Shown in pieces: positions 36,401 to 48,340 of a stretch of 57,537 bases of DNA. This DNA is from Phoronis australis (taxonomy: Eukaryota; Animalia; Phoronida). Positions within the stretch are counted from its first letter, which is position 1; each line of letters begins with the position of its first letter. The position numbers were made by a program, and so were the translations under genes. The notes under the pieces were generated by a model. That model searched no databases, was not told the DNA's origin, and saw nothing but the letters and a program-made list of their open reading frames with translations. The stretch covers positions 762,112 through 819,648 of the forward strand of contig NMRA01000075.1 of assembly GCA_002633005.1 (NCBI GenBank). Direction: 5' to 3'.

Positions 36401-39400
36401 TGTCATACTACCCAGTGCCCGTTTGCAACTGCTCATGTGATGTCATGGACATATATCAGCCTTCACAAATATACGTGTTTTGACAATCTAAATCCTTGTT
36501 TGTATCCGAAAGCAGAGTTTTATATCGCCGGCCATTTTGAATGAGGCCCTGAAGTCGTGAACGTTTCGTTTAGACGGAAATGCACGAAGTATGACCACAC
36601 AAGTCAACTACAGTGCTTACAGTTACTCTAGATGACATAAAATGCATTGCATTGTTTATTAATTCAGTTTCAATTGAAATAATTTTTTACTAAAGTTTTG
36701 CACCCACCTTTGATGTGCACATACGTTTTCAATGACTGGGTTGTTCACGTAAAACGCTAAGAACCCAGCACCAATTATCGCTCTGTATTTTATTGTTTTG
36801 GCCTTACAAAACTTGATAGACCCTGGGACATTTTGATGATACATTGTTCTACCCCTGGAGCGCGTGTTTGAGTAAATCTGAACGATAAATATTTTCGAAA
36901 ATATATCCCAAAAATGCCCAAAAAGTGAATTAGTGAAATATGCTGTTTTTTAAGATACATTTGAAAAAAAGAAGTCACTCACTCACTGTTTGTTATCATA
37001 TTGTGAATACGAAAACGTCCGGGTATTCGTTTGACGTTCGTAAGCAGACGAACGCTGTAAACGTCAACGCCAGATGTCGCAGGACCGCGCAGATCGTTCA
37101 CAACTTTAGGGCACTCACGACTTTAGGACCACTGACGGTACTTACAGTTTTTATAGGAAGCCAAGGGGAGCAGGACTCCCTAACACCTAATAAATCCGCT
37201 ACTGATCACTCGAGGTAATCCGAATGACTACAGCATCACGAGAAGTACTGAGAAACCCGAATTACCGCCTACTGGATCTTTCCTGAAGTTCAGTTTGTGC
37301 ATAAAGGAATTCTTTGAATCAACAAACATAGCAGCGCTGGGGCTCATAGCATTTGTGCACGTGTTTTGTAGTCACAAGCACACATGAGTGAACACGCGAC
37401 TGTAGACTGAATACGCGACTGTTAAGCGAACACAAGCTGTATAGCGAACACAGGGCTGTAAAGTGAACACCCGACTGCATAGTGAACACACGACTGCAGT
37501 GAACACGCGACTGCGTAGTGAACACGCGCCGGTAGAGGGAAAAAGCGACTGTTGAGTGAACACGCGACTGCGTAGTGAACACGCGCCGGTAGAGGGAACA
37601 AGCGACTGTTGAGTGAACACGCGACTGTGGAGTGAATACGCTAATGTTTAGCGAACACAGGGCTGTATAGCGTACACAGGACTGCATAGTGAATACATAG
37701 GGTTAAGTGAACACATACATGTACACCTGTATAGTGAACACATGACTGCCAATGATGATGCAGATTCTACTAACAATGTTTGGACAAACCCTACAAAATG
37801 TCTTAACTAGTTGCTTTCACCGTGATACACTTTTATGATTTCTCATGCACATAACTGTAAGTGTCTGCCAAACAATACTGTGTTTATCTAAAAATTATTT
37901 GAATATCAAACAACTCACCCGCCAACTCTGTCGCCTGCGTGCTAAGTACTCATCGTTGGGAAGATCGGCGAGTTCCTTTAAAGTATAAAGATAATGGTCT
38001 GGCATCAACTGGACTGATCAGCACATATAATTTAAAAGGCCAGAATCGCACGTACAGGGGGCGCAGACCTCCGGTCGCGTCTAACTCCCCCTTATTCCGC
38101 CACCACCCAAGACTCAATACATTCACAGGCAGATCCACAACTCTTTGACTGTAGAACAATCTCGTTGTTCCAGTTGGTGTCGGGCGCCGCATTACATTCA
38201 AGAATGGGGAGACATCGTTAAGCCTTAATTCCACACCTACCCGGCTTTTCCTTAGTGACCAGAATCAAACATACACTTCCAATTTAAAAGCTGTAGATGA
38301 AGTCATATTTCTCAGTCGTTATATTGACACGACGTTTCGGTCGCTCATTTGTGAGGCCATATTCTAGTGTTACAGCGCCGTTAAAACAACGAGCACGGGT
38401 ATCTCAGTAACTCAGTGGTCTAGGTGAGAGTGACTGACAACCGAAAGCTCCCACTTTCAAACTCGCCGTCTACCAAGAAAGACATGCTAAAACTGCCCAG
38501 CAAGAGAGTACCAGAAAATTTCAAAGATTCACAAAAAGAAATCCTGATTAAAATTCATATTTGATGCAATGTTGTCACGTAATTGATCTCGTTGTTTTGC
38601 AATGTACTTTTTGATAAATTTGACTAAAGACACCTGTAGCCTGACCCAATGAATGAGAATGTAAAATCTAATTCTAAATGTTTGTCACTTTCAGAAAATA
38701 TACACTTTTGCAAACATTCCTTTCAGGCACTTCACATTTGTAAAATATTAGCTGGCCGGCAACTATGGTCCATCCATTTTTTAGAATCTAGAGGGTTTTG
38801 CCAGCCACCATGCACGGATTTTTTTGCTGTGGTTGAAAGCGAATGGAGGTTTTTGTGTGCAAACCAACAATTTATGCATTTTCCTTGTTTTTTGAAGTAA
38901 CCTAGTGCACTTGCGATAGGCACAGAAAATGGAAATTCTGTTTGACATAAGTTTCATTGGACTTTTTGCAAGGTTTTTGACCAAATCCCTTGGTGTAGAG
39001 ATTGAAGTTTGCACACAAGCTAACTGAATAAAAAACATCTCAGAGGGATAATCTGAGACAGCGAAAATAGGTGAAGTGTTCCAAATGCCCCTCGGAGGTG
39101 ATCATTATTTGAGCATGTGCAAACTTCAATCAAATGGCTAATCATTCTTCAGTTCTAAAGTTATATGAGTTGCCGTGTGACGGAAGTCCACACATGCGAA
39201 AATTACGTTGACCACCAAGGGGACATTTGATGCTCCGAAAATATTCGAAGAGTTCTGGATGGGTACAGGTGTGGTTTTTTATCTTATAAGCTTGAGCTTC
39301 GTTTTTTAAAGTCACTGTTTACGCGACTATTTCAAAGGTTGCTAACTCGAAATGGCCGCAGTGCTAAGAACGTTTGATCGGGCGTTGTTTTAATTCCGGA

Positions 39401-41700
39401 ATGTCTCAAGTATCAGACAAACAGCTCTTAAGAGATCGTTAAAATGTTCCATGTTTCCTCTTCTATCAATAATTCGCGTCTCTCACTCGGTTATCGGGGT
39501 CTATTAACAAGAATTCAAATATAAAAGATAATCTCCTAAGTTATGTCAAATAAACCTTATAGCAGATGCAATCGGTCACTGTCTGTGCAAAATACGCGTA
39601 GGTTTATCTCAGAGGAACTTTGGTTGAAGTTCTGAAATAGGCAGAGTGGAAAGTGACATGAAAGAGGAGGCGAATTGCAATTCCAAGGAGTGGGTGTTAT
39701 TAAAGTTATTAAGGATGATGAAAGCTTACATCCATAATTGTAGAAACTCTGTTATATATTCTACAGATTGTCAATGCATTGTTCACTCCCCCTCCCGGAA
39801 AACAAAACGTTTTTATTTGAAATCCACTCCGCGGTTTTGCTCAAGATACTTTAGACCATCAAACCTCAATCGCTTGTTGGGGGGCCGTGGCTCTGTCTCG
39901 TTGTCTTCCTAAATAATGGTTTTGAGTCCCAACCTCTGAAGCCCCAAGTTGAACATGTTTTGTGAGTTGGGTTGGATCAAAGTTGAACAAGATATGAATG
40001 GTGGTTATTGTCCAAGGGGGAACTCCCCGGGAGAGGAGCAGCCGTCACATACTTGCGTACAAAATTTCACGAGAAAGGGTCACTTTTGGACCGGGACACG
40101 TTACGTGAGTAACGCGTTTACGGTATGATTTTGACCTTTCGGCGTGCCAAAACGAGGCACTGGATTCATATGATTTTTAAGGTAAGCGAGACTCTAGCGG
40201 TTGCTTTTCCGATAGGCAGATGATATAGAACTAGCAGAATATGACCAACTTATCTACTTCAACAGGCGGAAACATCTATTCGTTAGTTATTTCAGGTTGG
40301 AAAAAAATCATCTAGTGCACTATGCTGTTTAGGGTTCCCTCCAAGAGTTGGGTACTTTGTAAATGTGAAAGATTATGTAGTTCCAAAACAGGAAATGAGA
40401 AGCAATCGATATGTTCACCAGAGCCGTTCCCCGAGCGGTTCTCGAATTTTATCAAGAAATATATGCAATTTCATCATAGAGGTATCTACGTGTGGATTGA
40501 TGGTTATGTGATTAATGGAGCGCCCCAAATGTAACACACCTTCTTGGCGTGTTACTTATTCAACTGTATCTCTGGGATTATGAGACTTAAATTTCCACGA
40601 AAATCTGTACACATTGTACTTTCAATTTATCCACAGCGCAAAAAAATCATTACGATTTGGCAGTACGCATGCATCGCCAATTTCAAATTAGCAGCTAAAA
40701 CATTGCTGTGACAGGATGTTTCAGTCTGTAAACTTTGATAAATACTTATCAAGCTTAGATGACTAGCAAGGTCAGTACAAAGATGACCTCATGAAATGTT
40801 CCATTGAACGAATATCAAAATTCAGGAAAAACGGGAAAAGGATGGCAACAGTGAACTAATTACACACTCACTAATGTCACTTTTAATTAAACAATGTTGA
40901 AGTTTACTGTATAATAAATGTTTCACTGCATTATAGTCCCTCTTTATGTCTGTTTAAAGTGAAATTCCAATATGCAAGAAGAAATTGAGACATGATCTCC
41001 AACTACGCCAACAGAAGAGTAGTTCAAAAGCCTTCGATCACACATCAAAATGGGAGCATGAATAGCATGAACATTTAACAGTCATGATTAATTAAGTTTA
41101 AAATAATTCGTCACAGCCTACGTTAATCAAACATATACAAAGTATTACTAACTCCTGGGATTTGTGAATACTTACCAGTACAACGTTCCTTTTCTCCTCA
41201 CTCATAGAGTCCAGTATGTTGTAAATCTTGTTCTGTGGTCTCAGCATTTCACGTACTTCCTGTAGCCGAGCCTGGATTGTATCCATTGGATCATTCTCTG
41301 GAAGAACAATTGTTGTTGTTTTTTTAATTTTCTCAAATTTCATGAATCTGTCCTTAATCTCTCGCGTCAGTATCCAGTTCTGTTGAGCGGTCTTTTCCGT
41401 CTCCTCTTTCGTCGGACGAGGTCCCCGTCGACTGAGATTCGCGATTTTTTCATGTTTGTCTTCGCTGTCAACTCTAGGGCCAATATAATCGAAATCGGAT
41501 CTAACCTTGGTTTCTAAAAGCCTCGGACTATTCCCTGCCAGTGGTAGACCTATTTTCCCGTTACCGGGAAATACAGACTCGTTGCATTTCAACTCCTCAT
41601 TTATTTCCTCTGGTACGGGCGTCAGACTGTTAGAGCCAAATCTCGAACCCAGAGCGGACAACTGCTCCCCATTGACTTGCAGGCTTGGCAGACGATGCAT
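21342..41700 (-). CDS. CNBD2-like: Spliced gene for a ~776-aa cyclic nucleotide-binding domain protein (CNBD2-like, two degenerate cNMP-binding domains), 17 coding exons modelled
   Basis: Exons 41700-41176, 36014-35944, 34526-34427, 33544-33476, 31466-31301, 29671-29589, 29171-29088, 28682-28491, 27463-27349, 27044-26971, 26506-26435, 26191-26102, 25371-25324, 25227-25093, 23372-23157, 22219-22076, 21488-21342 have AG/GT boundaries and compatible phases. The translation contains CNBD motifs VAYEKYDDGRVIGCQGRAPDRFYYILSGRV, WLYVVKSGIVKVVR and LKTGDVFGL...LVSDGAEVIKISKRFF. The linker exons between 25324 and 26506 are less certain. Confidence 0.85.
22076..22219 (-). CDS. CNBD gene exon (GLDHMHE...VSLVSDGAEVIKISKRFFLQ...VETM)
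   Basis: AG/GTAAG boundaries, 48 codons; SLVSxGAEVIxISKxFF matches the CNBD beta7-beta8/hinge. Confidence 0.9.
23157..23372 (-). CDS. CNBD gene exon (FKRGKKETLPP...FLQLDQLKTGDVF)
   Basis: 72 open codons, |GTAAGT donor; LKTGDVF|GL is the CNBD-B beta6 / phosphate-cassette entry. Confidence 0.9.
24686..24852 (+). mobile_element. Candidate solo LTR (167 bp) in a CNBD gene intron
   Basis: T(A)TAAC...TTTACA termini, 4-bp TGCA direct repeat on both sides (24682-24685, 24853-24856), internal TATAAAA and AATAAA. Confidence 0.5.
25093..25227 (-). CDS. CNBD gene exon (TLYPPHHRRMSKV...PDFKSPK)
   Basis: tttttccag| acceptor, AAG|GTAATC donor, 45 open codons, phase 0 to 0. Confidence 0.75.
25324..25371 (-). 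CDS. Possible CNBD gene micro-exon (SAKSKSSVQNDSKQLV)
   Basis: tgtttctcag| acceptor, GTG|GTAACG donor, phase 0 to 0. Confidence 0.4.
26102..26191 (-). CDS. Probable CNBD gene linker exon (LPYSANAHAPSLEKHLKASAEVDHAAERGT)
   Basis: ctttttatag| acceptor, |GTATGT donor, phase 0 to 0, open frame. Confidence 0.55.
26435..26506 (-). CDS. Probable CNBD gene linker exon (IDRDISENIHVPSRQSAVDVSAPK)
   Basis: AG/GT boundaries, phase 0 to 0, open frame; weak pyrimidine tract, no domain motif. Confidence 0.45.
26971..27044 (-). CDS. CNBD gene exon (TMLGLLGKQRRMRTMIEDGSFKLPE)
   Basis: ttcgttatag| acceptor, GAG|GTAAAA donor, phase 1 to 0. Confidence 0.75.
27349..27463 (-). CDS. CNBD gene exon (GIVKVVRIQ...GKSFSHAD)
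   Basis: cattttag| acceptor, |GTAAGA donor, phase 0 to 1. Confidence 0.85.
28149..28541. repeat. Tandem array, 5 x 77 bp, spanning an exon 3' end and splice donor
   Basis: Donor motif cttac ends at 28182, 28259, 28336, 28413 and 28490 (exact 77-bp period); few substitutions. Confidence 0.95.
28491..28682 (-). CDS. CNBD gene exon (DFFCLTKS...TPWLYVVKS), start of CNBD-B
   Basis: tttcag| acceptor, |GTAAGT donor, 64 open codons; WLYVVKS joins GIVKV in the next exon. Confidence 0.9.
29088..29171 (-). CDS. CNBD gene exon (PEELEKQWLLQSNLITKGQVEVLVLDKA)
   Basis: tattacag| acceptor, |GTAAGT donor, phase 0 to 0; continues as DF, giving the typical EVLVLDKxDF end of a CNBD. Confidence 0.85.
29589..29671 (-). 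CDS. CNBD gene exon (VNILTQYDLSTGVVTKSLGHITKSMTTD)
   Basis: gtttcgttccag| acceptor, |GTAAGT donor, phase 1 to 0. Confidence 0.85.
31301..31466 (-). CDS. CNBD gene exon, N-half of CNBD-A (IRWMLRAAKAFKSLFP...RFYYILSGR)
   Basis: CNBD beta1-beta3 motif YDDGRVIGCQGRAPDRFYYILSG; AG/GT boundaries, phase 0 to 1. Confidence 0.9.
31670..31891. mobile_element. hAT-like MITE in intron
   Basis: Imperfect TIRs cagga-gcacccag...gggaggctcg and cgagcctcccctgggtgcgcgcatg; both flanks contain cacgt. Confidence 0.45.
33476..33544 (-). CDS. CNBD gene exon (LGAELLLCLTTQPRFRTPSQIKK)
   Basis: tttctttttaag| acceptor, AAG|GTAACT donor, phase 0 to 0; PxxRT motif precedes the first CNBD. Confidence 0.8.
33597..33677. 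repeat. Tandem repeat 3 x 27 bp (ctgttgtacatgtatattataccccag)
   Basis: Units start at 33597, 33624 and 33651. Confidence 0.9.
34427..34526 (-). CDS. CNBD gene exon (YQTEEVSLKPPIG...PEGRSC)
   Basis: ttgtag| acceptor, |GTGAGT donor, phase 2 to 0, open frame. Confidence 0.75.
35944..36014 (-). CDS. CNBD gene exon (PIDFFRFAGRVVLLVIRSIKNRK)
   Basis: ctttttcag| acceptor, AG|GTGAGT donor, phase 0 to 2. Confidence 0.8.
37388..37748. repeat. Degenerate minisatellite (GTGAACACGCGACTG core, ~19-20-bp units, higher-order 57-bp duplication)
   Basis: Repeated gtgaacac/gcgactg; near-identical 57-bp blocks start at 37499 and 37556. Confidence 0.85.
38402..38475 (+). mobile_element. Possible decayed tRNA-derived SINE head
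   Basis: A-box-like TAACTCAGTGGTCTAGG and degenerate B-box TTTCAAACTC at tRNA-like spacing; no intact cloverleaf. Confidence 0.3.
41176..41700 (-). CDS. CNBD gene, first coding exon (175 aa, MHRLPSL...EEKRNVVL)
   Basis: ttcaccATG start context, upstream in-frame TGA at 41743-41745, donor CTG|GTAAGT in phase 0 matching the next exon. Confidence 0.7.
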
Positions 41701-44700
41701 GGTGAAGAAACTGTTCTTTATTCCATTAAATACATCTCCTGGTCATTTGTCACGTATCCACAGGTCCATTTCTCAACCATGATATTCGCATGTTGGGTGA
41801 GATAAGATGTCCCCGTGTTATCTAGCCCATAATTGCGTTTTTGATACCCAGTACGTTCGACGTCCAGCCTTTTGTCTTGACGACCGCCACGTTCTAATCC
41901 CTGGTCGGTATACACGAGACGCTACAAGGGAAGATAACTTATCTCTCGGCGATGCGCTATATGGAAAAGCGACTTGTCGGGTGTTTATACAGCCTATTCG
42001 TGACAAAACAAATGTCAACCATTGGGTCCGACGTTTCGCTTGAGTTACTTGTTATGGTCTAAAGAAATGGTCTTATAAAATAACCGTCCAATGGCCGTTC
42101 TGCCTCGCTGCGTTTTAGGTAGAGTACGCTAGAATGCATCGTGGACGGCAAACGGTTTTGCCTGCATCACAATTCCTCAAGCTTTTGGAATTTTACATAC
42201 TCATTTACCGACAGTTTGAGGTACCTCGTTACAGTGTAATCGTTCAGTTTACTCCGTGTTCGTAGTCAACACAGCCGATTCGTACAATGTTCATTATTTA
42301 CAGTACGTCCGCTAATTTATACTTGAGATCTCCCGCCTGTTTCATACTATAGGTTACGGACCTACGCGAGGATTTATGCGAGTGCTACGTTTACCCTAAC
42401 GTGGAGTCAGATCTAGAGAGCACCTCACAATTCTTCCCGTACAAAACACTAATATTGCGCTGACCGTAGTTCAATCATTAATTAATGACGATCGAAATCG
42501 CCAATAGGTGCAATATCTGCCAATAATATTTTTCGCTATTGAATAGGAGAACAGGGGACAATAGCAGATGGAAGTTATCGAGTTCTAATATATTCGCTGT
42601 GTGACATTAGGCTAATAACAAATTCCATTAGCAAACAAATTTAACTCCTAACAACCATTTAATGGACTTAGTGACTTAAAACGAAGGCAAACACGTTTGT
42701 TCTCCAGGTGTCGCCTTGATTTGGACTTAACGTTTTAATCATAAGCGTTCTATAAGATAGAGCAAAGGCAACATTTATTTTTTTGTGAAAATACGCAGGT
42801 TTTGGAAAAGTTTAAGATTGGAGTAAAAACGGCAGCTGAATGGGAAATCAAATTGGGATTTCACGAGTGTTTGAAAACATTTTAGATTGAGAAATGCATA
42901 TACTAGATTATAACAGGCTTTATATATTCTCACAACTAAGCAGCTCTGGGGTCCCTTTCATGAAAGTGACTTAAAACCTTACACTTCAAAATTTGGTCTC
43001 ACACTCCCACTCCGATTGCTGCATAAAGCTTAAGTCAACTAAATATGAGCGCAACACAATCGACAAATAATTTATAGAAATTATCTCAGTAAATAGCAGT
43101 TATGTATATACATGTAGGCTCAGAGACTGCAGTTCAACTCAAGTGAGACTGATTTATTTTCCAAAAACTTGTGTTGAGCGTAAGACCAAATCTGTCTCAT
43201 TAATGTGCTTTTTAAAAACACGAATTTCTTATCAAAACACACGTAAACACTTTCATGATAATGTGTTGATTAGCTTATCTCGAATTATGAGCATTTATTG
43301 GTCGGAACAAATTATCAATATCGGGACAACATATCACAGTAATAACTATCCTCCGTTGTGTTTAATGTGAAAAGTCGTCAGGTTGCTGCTCGTTTTCCCG
43401 TGGTTTATTGTAGAATAAATAATGGTGAGGCGTTGTGTTTGTGACATCTCAGTATTTGAGCACGCTGTGGCTCACTCACGTTCCTGCGGGACATCAAGGT
43501 GGAAGGGTTAATGTCCTATCTTACCAGACATTCCTTTATTTCACTTGCTGCCAAATAATATTATATGGAATCGTCTGATGCTATCTATAATAACTGGGAA
43601 TAGCCAGTCTGTTCGCGGTTGAGAATGGTCGGCCAACCCACAAATCGACGTATTCTACAATGCTCTGGTGTTCTGTCGGTTGGCTTACAGCATACATCCC
43701 TGACCGTCTCCCAACTGCTATTTTCATTATAGCTTCTATTATCTCTCCTGCACGGCAAAAGGTATATTTTTGGCATGGCGTCCACTTTACGACTTTCCTC
43801 GAGCTGACTTCATATTAAAGTGGATTGCCCGTTCGAATCCGGTAATAACATCACAACAAAACAAGTTGCCTCTTTGAGGTACATTGTATTACGCCGAGAA
43901 TGTTTCCGTGCACAAATTCCGTGGGCGCTATAATTCAGGCTATACTAAACTTTTTAAGGGTTCAGCAAGCACTAAAACAACTGAATAGCAAAGCGGCATA
44001 TTAAAGATTCAAAAAGTCAAATTAGGGATTAAATCCAATGACACAAATCATCGTTTCGATTTTTTCCCGTGTGACCGAATCACGCGGAGTAGCACATAAA
44101 GTTGAGTGTGTGGTTCCGTGACTTTCACTCTAACTCCGCAGTCTCACAGTTGGAGGATTTTTTCATTTGCAGTATTCCATCTACACGAATGCGAAAACAA
44201 TTTTATTGCGTTTTGTGAAGGCGCTAATAAATTTAAAATTTAGCAACAGGTAGTCATCAGTATCCAAATGCGATATCTGAGATGCTGACAGATCTGCCTG
44301 AAAAACCTGAAGTGTATTTAACGGAGTAAACTAATTGTTTGCGGTGTCAAATGTACGTGCTTTACGCCGTAAATAATTACTTTACGCAGCAAATAATTAG
44401 TTTGCGCATCTAACAAGAATTAACTAACGCACATAATTTAACGGCGCAACAGTCACTCATTTGGACAACGATAGAAGTGCTGACCAACGTCAGCTACAGC
44501 AGGTCGAACCCCACGGCGGTTGAGAGTAGAACTTGGGCCCTCGTCTCAGGAGGAAACTTCAGTTGGCAGTGATGAGGGACGCAATATAGATTACGGTGCC
44601 TGTTGAGACAAACCCTGTCCGACGTCGAACATTATTTATTCACAGTGAATTTAACGACAGTCTTTCTTTCTTTTCTATTAGAACACCACTGATAATAGGG

Positions 44701-46483
44701 TAAAAATCACCAAAAGCACGGCCATACAATAATAGTTTACGTAACTATATGTACACTTACCCACTGGAAATTTTGTTTTTGGTCGACGCAGTTGATGCAC
44801 AAACTTTATGCTGGATTGTAAACAGTATACACCATGCTGTGTAAGCCTTGTTTCAAAGAGAAACTGATATTAATGAGTTCTATACTAAGATTGGCCTATT
44901 TATTCCTAAAGTTTAAATCTCGAGCCCAAAATTGTATGCACCAACTACATGTATCTGTCTGAGTCAGCACCGATTCTTCACAATAAATCACGAATTCGCG
45001 AGAGCATCGTCATGATTGAAAGACCAAGGCGATTCGCAATTTCCCGCCTCGGTTGCACGACCTCGCTCTCCTGTGGCATTTTCTTGTAGTTAATACTTTT
45101 CTCGCAGAATACTTAGAATATTATTGGGCTGCGAATCTTCGCCACAATTTGCGAGCAACATCGAAATGTCTCAAAACGTTAATTCTCATGNNNNNNNNNN
45201 NNNNNNNNNNNNNNNNNNNNNNNNNNNNNNNNNNNNNNNNNNNNNNNNNNNNNNNNNNNNNNNNNNNNNNNNNNNNNNNNCTGTGTCACACTGCTGGCCA
45301 CAAACACAAAAAACACGAAAATTGAACAAAGTTTCTTTTTTGTAGCAACGTTTGTCAAAATGTATCAACGTTAAATCTTCACAAATTACAAAGTAGCCGA
45401 TTGAACATGCCTTTCAGTTCAGCAAAAGTCGACATTGTAGGCGCCGCCAGAAATGAGACGATCGAAGTCCAACGAGAATTGTGAGCACATTTATCACTTA
45501 ATGAGTAACAACTGCGAGGCTGAAATTTGGTGAACACTGCTAAATCGTGCAGAATAGTAAGTAAAGATATGTCTAACTAAATTTTACCGTAATTTGTTGG
45601 CGAAAACAATTTACACAAAGTTTTAAACTCGTAACTCATCCCGCTTTCCTCCAATATGGCCGACGCGATCCAAACAAAGTGACCCAAATTTCGCCACAAA
45701 ACTTGCAATAACTTTACAGTGCCTGCCCCGATTTTGGTACTTTTTCGATTTTTACTGAGTAGAATGTACTAACTTTCCGATGATAGCAAAGTACTTTTTC
45801 AAAACGAGGAAAAAAATAAAACCGAAAAAAAATTGGTTCGACCCATATTGGTTCCTAGGTTCGACCGGCCTACGTAAGGAACTAAACACCAATGCTATTT
45901 TAACATACTAAATACGCGTAACATTCCAAAAAAATCAACGACCACTAACTACAAACTATAAATACACTACATATGCAAACGAATCACGATATATTACTAA
46001 TAAAACAAAATAATGAAGACTTTTCGAGAAAGCCATAGCACATTCAGTTACAAGGAAAAAAATGGAGGCGTTCAGGACAAGTTCCTGAACTGATGAGCCG
46101 GAAATGTGGGTACGGAAATAACCGATGGCAACCGGTAATCATACGCCCAGAGAGAAGGGTCAAAATCGCTTTTGGCAAGAAAGGCGAAAAGAATATAAAG
46201 AAAGGGTGTCGAAGATAAGAATTGTAGTAAGTATTTTCGGATACTGGAACCACATGGGCAGTTTGCAACAAGGACTTTAATTTGTGGCTACCAAAATACA
46301 TGACGTGCTTCGTGTATGCCTAAAAGGAGAATGCCACCCGATTTAATTAGTCTTTTTTACCGCCTTTATCGGTCTACATCCACATCGCCTCTTACACGGT
46401 CGACCCCACCTTACCGAGGAAGATCATAAACGACGCATTGTCGTCAGTGGTTCGTCTGCAGATTGAATACCTCTCTACTGCAG

Positions 46484-46712
46484 TACATCGTTCCCGCTTG
46501 TCCGAACTATGAAGCTGCGAAGAAACTGGATAAGTCGTTTTTTCGACTTCCTCGAGAGCCCAAAATGCTTAGGAAGTGGCTCGCGGTAGTGAAGAATGAA
46601 AGGTTCGCTGTTAATAGCAAGTATGAGGCCGCGAAACATCTCCGTGTCTGTGGCCGGCATTTCGTCGACAGTGATTTCTCTGACGAATTCCGGCTTACCA
46701 AAGAACTATCCA
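46484..46712 (+). pseudogene. Isolated THAP-domain fragment (transposon-derived)
   Basis: YIVPACPN...SFFRLPREPKMLRKWL...LRVCGRHFVDSDF; first Cys replaced by Tyr, C-terminal AVP box missing. Confidence 0.75.
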
Positions 46713-48064
46713 TACATTCCGTTGCCTGTGCATGTTCACGGCACCTTTCTAGTATTTCTTGATCAGTGCACTCAGGCTCGAACTGATAGCCTGCGAAACC
46801 TAATGATCCGACCCGTGAAGTCTTCGTTGGATGACCTACATGTACATGTATAGACTAAGTCGGGATTGTCGCCGGGCGAGTTGCCACGTAGACGTTGATT
46901 ATTCTGGCTGCGTTCTGTTTCAAAATGAATTATTCTCATCCTAACAAATGCTTATATAAAACTGAAACAAAGTCTGTCTCACTAGATACAAATTGTAATG
47001 CCTCATTGCAGTATTCGGGAGTAAACATGTTGAGAATCCAGAAATGAATAAACCACTGCGTTACCGGCTTTTGATGCCGGCAATAAAGGTAGTTGACCGG
47101 GCACCGAGGCCGTGAGAGCGCATGCTAATTCAGTGTTTGCTGACAGAAAGCTGTTGTGAAACAATTACTCGATTTTATATGCTATGGTCAAATCTTAGGG
47201 GGTCTTTATTTAGAAATACAAATACATTATTCAAATCATTGTTACTGTACAACCTTTGCCCTGACGGTTTGTGGAAGGGCGACTTCGTGGCCCCTAGCAA
47301 GTAAGTAGATTTTCAGTTTCGTGGCTAATTCACATGAATAATTACGTGCACATTATTTCTTTGGTTCACTATTACAGTCATTTCGTGACTGCAGGTTTTA
47401 TTTCCAACTCAAACTGGTTTATATTCGTGCCAGTCCCGGGTTCCGAGCCACTGGCCGGGATAACAAGCGTTTCTTGTGTTTAGAACTCAAAAAATCACAA
47501 GTCAATAAACGCAGATCTACGTTCTACTGTCTGTATTTCACGGAAAAATACTCGAATTTATCTCCGAACAGACCCCAAACTCCTGCTAAGGACCTGCAGA
47601 ACTTTGTAGGCTACGGTGTGTCCAAAAACCAACAAATTCGTAACAGCGAAATAAAAAATCACGTTTTTAAAAGAACACGGTGTATTTTTAAGGGTTATAC
47701 ATCGACGTTTGATGATTTATTGGCTTTAAAGGCGAAGGCAACCTTTTTTCATGTCATTTTGAGCTAAAATAAAGTTGGTTGGTTATCCTAGACATATTTT
47801 CCACTTAATTACAGCTTTTCGTAATTTTATTAATTACTCGTCCTCTACTCCGGAAGTGACGTTTTAGGAGGCAAGCGTTTCCCGCCACTTGGTTTTGCGT
47901 TGAGTTTACCGAGCAAATCTGTTATATTCTACTTTTGTTTTGTGCTGTTTTTTCAACAATTGTCGCTACCACTTTCCATCGGCGAGTATTCTGCGGCAAG
48001 ATAGGTTAGTAGAGAACTCAACTACGTTGGATTTAGGGATTGTTTAGTCTGTTGTAAGCTGAAA

Positions 48065-48340
48065 ATGGCTGGAGTTGGTGACCCGTATCACAGTGACAGT
48101 AGTGTGAGTGACGAGGAATTTTTTCACGGACATTCAGTGGGTGGGTACATGTTTGAGCCCGAGTATAACCAGGCAGAGTACGCACAGGCACAGGCAGCTG
48201 TTGAGAGAAACGAGGAGGATACTGAGGACAGACGTGGTGACACATCTTGGTACAAATGCACTGTTTGCGTTGATATGCCTAGCTCAATGAAATGCTTGTG
48301 ATGTTCAGAGTTCGACGAGGCCAAGCCACTACTGGACACG
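48065..48340 (+). pseudogene. Kolobok accessory KolX / P2X7 ballast-like Cys-rich protein, 5' part
   Basis: GYMFEPE...RRGDTSWYKCTVCVDMPSSMKCL*CSE matches the PYxFEP...WCxCxxCxxMPxxxECxCCxE pattern, with one Cys changed to Tyr and one to a stop. Confidence 0.75.

Noticed and set aside
37950-38234. RLFYSQRVVDL resembles a CR1 LINE 3' end
   Set aside because: The motif is too short and its context too decayed to call
38320-38370. Possible Penelope-type hammerhead ribozyme (cgaaacgtcg on the minus strand)
   Set aside because: The CTGANGA catalytic core is absent
43825-43845. B-box-like GTTCGAATCC suggesting a tRNA
   Set aside because: No A-box or cloverleaf stems nearby
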